Below are positions 62,601 to 64,000 of a DNA stretch of 64,000 nt, in pieces. The notes beneath the pieces are model-generated. The model was not told the DNA's origin. It did not search any database and was given only the letters and a program-made list of their open reading frames with translations. Source of the DNA: Lingula anatina (lineage: Eukaryota; Animalia; Brachiopoda). Position 1 is the first letter of the stretch; the number at the start of each line of letters is the position of its first letter. The stretch covers positions 22,320,001 to 22,384,000 of the forward strand of contig CM120646.1 in assembly GCA_051362555.1 (NCBI GenBank), written 5' to 3'. Made by a program: the position numbers and the translations under genes.

Positions 62601-64000
62601 ATACATATATAATATATCAATACCCTTGGGCCCATATATCCCTGCAATTGAATGGGTAATTGGGAGGACCTGAAAAAATATCTGGTTTCCTTTGCTTTAA
62701 GCTGAGGTTGAATTTCTACAGCTGGGTCTGAGACTGAACCAAAGCAATGAACCGAACTAAGCACCGACTTCGGCCTCTGGCCCCTTTCACGTAGAGCGGT
62801 TCATTTTTTTGTGCCTCTCCAGTTTGAAAGATTGACAACTTAACTGTCTGGCTATTAACTAGTGTAACCAATATACTAGTAGTCACCTTACCGGAGCCTG
62901 CCCCCCCCCCCCCTTCCAAGCTCGACACGGCCAGTTAACCGGATGGAATTTAATTGGTACATTTGTAATTGTGAAAGGGAGTTAAACCCCCTTAACGAAA
63001 TTACATGTTCCTGCTAAAGGGCAGTCAAACTACATGTAGTGTGGTTTAGAGCATTGCACCGCTCCTAGTGAAAATGGCCGTAATTTTTGGTAAGAATAAC
63101 TAGGACCCCTTTTTTGTCTTTTCGGGTCACGATGCCACAGATAGATTTTTTAGACGAGCGCAAACACTGCCAGCTGTGAAAATGACCTTAATTTGGCTTA
63201 TTTATCGGTGGAAATCATTTCTCATGTAGTGATCCCCTCCACCCCCCACCCCCCCCCACCCCCCAATAAACTTTTAAGACGACAAAATTTCCACGCTTTT
63301 CATTCAGAACTCTCCTCTCCTACTTTTCCTTTATAACTACAACAGAGGAATGTTCACCTTTCATTTGTCACAGAGTATGTCAACACGCGTACAATATGTA
63401 AATAGCAATACAATAGCCCTTCACCCGGACTCGCCGCCCGCCACTGAAAGGGTAGTTGGGAGGAGCTAAAAAATACCTGGCTGCCTTTGCTTGGAGCTTT
63501 GTGTTCGCCACAAAGGCCTGAAATCCTATAGCTGGGTGTAAACTGAATCAATGAACTAAGTCCTTAGGCGAACTGAAATGTATTTCTCTGTAAGAGTCAT
63601 TACAGAGATACTTGATATATATATATATGCAACCCATTATTTTTTATCGTGATTCTTCTGGCGATGTGGCGAGACGGGGTGGGGGTAAGGTGGGGTTTTC
63701 TCGTTCCCTTTCTATTAAGTATGCGGCAGTTTCATAAATATTTGCAAAAATTAAACATACCAAATGAAAGATAAAAGTGTTTCATATGACTAGTTTACGT
63801 GTTATCATAAAAGTAGGGAAAGTTTCTATGGTGTTATATGAAGTGGTATAAGTCGCGAATGACTGTCTCTTTCCCCTCTTTTATTAATGAAAAAGGAGAA
63901 AAAGAGTGATAGAATAAGATGTTGACTTCGATCAAATGAGTCACAAAAACATTCATCTGCCTAGTGAACGGGGTTGTGATCAAGAAAAAAAGTGAACAAA

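Overview
AT-rich, intron-rich animal genomic DNA. The microsatellites and Helentron/HINE-type repeat suggest a mollusc or other lophotrochozoan (inference). About 45 kb (7790-52839, minus strand) holds one giant type-I membrane mucin gene. I reconstructed it by hand as 64 coding exons with GT-AG introns and consistent phases; the CDS sums to 17,526 nt (about 5,841 aa). Architecture: signal peptide - acidic Ser/Thr/Asp/Glu domain - (EGTTTT)n - 5 EGF - NIDO-AMOP-VWD(GDPH)-Ig/cadherin-like - about 14 EGF - ([12 protein letters not shown])n - EGF - second NIDO-AMOP-VWD(GDPH)-Ig/cadherin-like - about 15 EGF - SEA - EGF - SEA - EGF - TM - cytoplasmic tail. It joins a duplicated MUC4-type cassette to a duplicated SEA-type membrane-proximal end like that of MUC3/12/17. 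Also present: a candidate TATA promoter and non-coding first exon near 59.5 kb, an intronic non-autonomous Helentron carrying a 146-bp array of AGGTCA direct repeats, small MITE-like elements, a palindromic satellite, many microsatellites, and a weak His-rich peptide-precursor candidate at 4.3-6.5 kb. No rRNA, tRNA or CRISPR was seen. The model has not been checked against transcripts or databases.
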